Part shown: positions 33,763 through 35,853 of the stretch, piece after piece
How positions within the stretch are numbered: the first letter of the stretch is position 1
Layout: every line of letters starts with the position of its first letter
Assembly: GCF_001194135.2 (NCBI RefSeq)
Contig: NC_068988.1
Coordinates: forward strand, 67,904,082 to 67,939,934
DNA length: 35,853 nucleotides
Direction of reading: 5' to 3'
From: Octopus bimaculoides
Taxonomy: Eukaryota
The notes under the pieces: generated by a model
Database searches by the model: none
The model's input: only the letters and a program-made list of their open reading frames with translations
Told to the model about the DNA's origin: nothing
Made by a program: the position numbers and the translations under genes

Positions 33763-35556
33763 CCGTAAAAACTATTCAGCATCGCAGCACGTTCAGATAA
33801 AATCAAGCGATAGTCAATGCCTTTTGGGCCACTGAGCGTTGTGGGTTCTCGGTGGGGCACATTTTTGCGGCACCTACAGAATCTTCGACTGGTCGACGAG
33901 TTGTGTTATCATAGATCAATCTATTCACAACAGAGCATACCATGTTATCCCAGATTAGTGATAAACAAGGCTACAAGTAATAATTAATATAATGTTTAAA
34001 ACCAGTTTTCATCAGAGTTTCACGTACAAATTGAAAGCTAGCAAAACTGAAAAATTCGTTTCAAACCTGAAATGTACGCAAACATACGTATGAAACTCTG
34101 GACACAAATCCATTTTAATTCACATATAATAAATCGAATCGAATTTGTATATAATTTCCAATAAAATTTATCAACTCTGTAGTTTTGAGTGCAAAATAGA
34201 CCTTGTCGGCATTCGATCTCAGATCTGGCATTTTCTAGCATCTGTAGATAATCACAATATATACCACAAGACATTTAGTCGAGTTTTCAACAATTTCTAC
34301 CGATTTCATCTTCTCTTTCAAATGAGATTTGACAATATAAGATAATTTCCATCTCGAACATACTTAACTAGAGATGTCGAACGTTACATGAGACAGATAT
34401 TAAAGAAGTGTGATATAGAAAATAAACAGACCCATGCATAAGCATAGATATACACATGCATACATAAATACACAAACACACATACACACACACATATGTA
34501 TCAAAGAGTGGATAGACTACAGAACATTATGAAAGACTAAGGGTATGAGTAAGAGGAGAAACAGAAAGTGAAATAAAGTGATAGCTAGCGAGGAAAAGTC
34601 TTTAGTAAGACGTCATTTGCCTTTTATATGATGAAAGATACCCTTACATCTACTGATACCATTGAATACGTATAAAGTCGATATAACATTTATATGTATT
34701 GGCAATAACTACGTCTTACTAATTAAATATCACAAATTTCTTTCAAATTCTTCTATAAAGCTGACAAAAATATTGTACATAAATTCGTATATTCCTATCA
34801 AAAATTCCCACGATTTTGTTATTTTATAGAAAAATGTAACGTTTTCTGTTTTCTGTTATTTTCACCGGTTATTTTCAATATATCTTAAATTTCTAATGCA
34901 TCTGAAGACGAACGGGAAATAGAACAAGACTGTTGAAAAAGGAGAGACGAACACGAAATATGCAGTTAAGACTCATTGAAAATTTAAGATTTTAATGTTA
35001 TTTTCTAATATTAATACACTAATTCTAATTTACGATGTGTTGTATCGGTAAATTTGTTTTCTTTATATTTGTACGGTAAATATATAGCCAGAGTAAATCA
35101 CGAGTTAAAACATGGGAAATAATAGCATAACTACGAACAGAGGCACAAAGTTAATTATTTATGGAGAAGTTTAAAGAAGACATACGAACACTTCAGCGAG
35201 TTGCCCTGATTAATATATAAATACATATAAATGCTTTCACTGCGACGGTTTTGTTAAGCTGTGTCGATTTTTACAATTCTGTAAATAATAATAATAGTAT
35301 TTTATAAGCTTACAGCTCATAGCGATCACCGTGCAATGACTAAAACGAAATAGTCTAATAATGGAGCATGTAAGCCCTCAACAAAAAAAGTAGATTTCCC
35401 GTACGCGTGGGACATTTGGTCGCGTAAACAAAGTGTGTGAATAGTTATTTGTGTATGTACTCTGTTATGTCTTGGTTTGTACTTTTGTATGAAAGTATAC
35501 TCTTCGTTTATCTGTGCTTCATCTGTGGTATTCACTGAACATAAGTAGAGTGGAAA

Positions 35557-35790
35557 GACAACCCAAGAAATACAGAGGTTTACATTATTATCCACTAGAA
35601 CATTTCACTACTAAGACAAGACCCAAGAATGAAGCAAGCATTCGAAATATACAAAATAATCAAAAGTAAAAGGCAATCAACATCTCCCAAAACATTCCTC
35701 ACAGGGGCTAAATTACCTTCCACAACTCCTACACCAACAGTCAAAAAGTGTGGCCGCCCCAACTGCGGAATCTGCATCAACCTTACTGAA
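35557..35790 (+). mobile_element. Penelope-like element ORF remnant (RT to GIY-YIG linker)
   Basis: A single frame with one stop (35596-35598) reads DNPRNTEVYIIIH*NISLLRQDPRMKQAFEIYKIIKSKRQSTSPKTFLTGAKLPSTTPTPTVKKCGRPNCGICINLTE. This resembles the PLE pattern NP.NP...II..NL..L...P.MK......I.S.RQ..NLK..LT.AK.....V.KC.RP.C..C. Confidence 0.75.
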
Positions 35791-35804
35791 CTCTTAAAAA
35801 CAGA

Positions 35805-35805
35805 T

Positions 35806-35853
<48 letters not shown>
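35805..35853. repeat. (TA)n microsatellite to the window end
   Basis: Directly visible. Confidence 0.95.

Noticed and set aside
34880-34995. Short inverted match atcttaaattt/aaatttaagat
   Set aside because: It is about 16 bp of AT-only sequence and does not extend.

Overview
AT-rich, repeat-dense eukaryotic genomic DNA. It is most likely intronic or intergenic sequence from a coleoid cephalopod (Octopus-like). That assignment is inferred from recognisable tRNA-headed SINE families and very abundant (TA)n/(GA)n/(ATCT)n/(ATGT)n microsatellites, not from a database search. Nine N-gaps total about 3.5 kb, and most abut (TA)n tracts. No intact protein-coding gene can be supported. Nearly all long ORFs in the supplied track are microsatellite or N-run artefacts. 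Well-supported features are more than 20 SINE copies or fragments of about four families, and fossils of a CR1-type LINE, an RTE-type LINE, a mariner transposase and a Penelope-like element (PLE) ORF. The most interesting observations are RNA-structural: (i) a complete minimal type I hammerhead ribozyme fold at 132-177, inside an apparent tRNA-head + (AAT)n + PLE-tail composite repeat; (ii) an 85-nt, 35-bp-stem pre-miRNA-like hairpin at 298-382; (iii) two 400-500 bp fold-back (MITE-like) inverted repeats and closely spaced inverted SINE pairs, which are candidate dsRNA/ADAR substrates if transcribed. There is also a 98%-identical 150-bp local duplication. Candidate small exons exist on both strands but are weak, and appear only as low-confidence findings.
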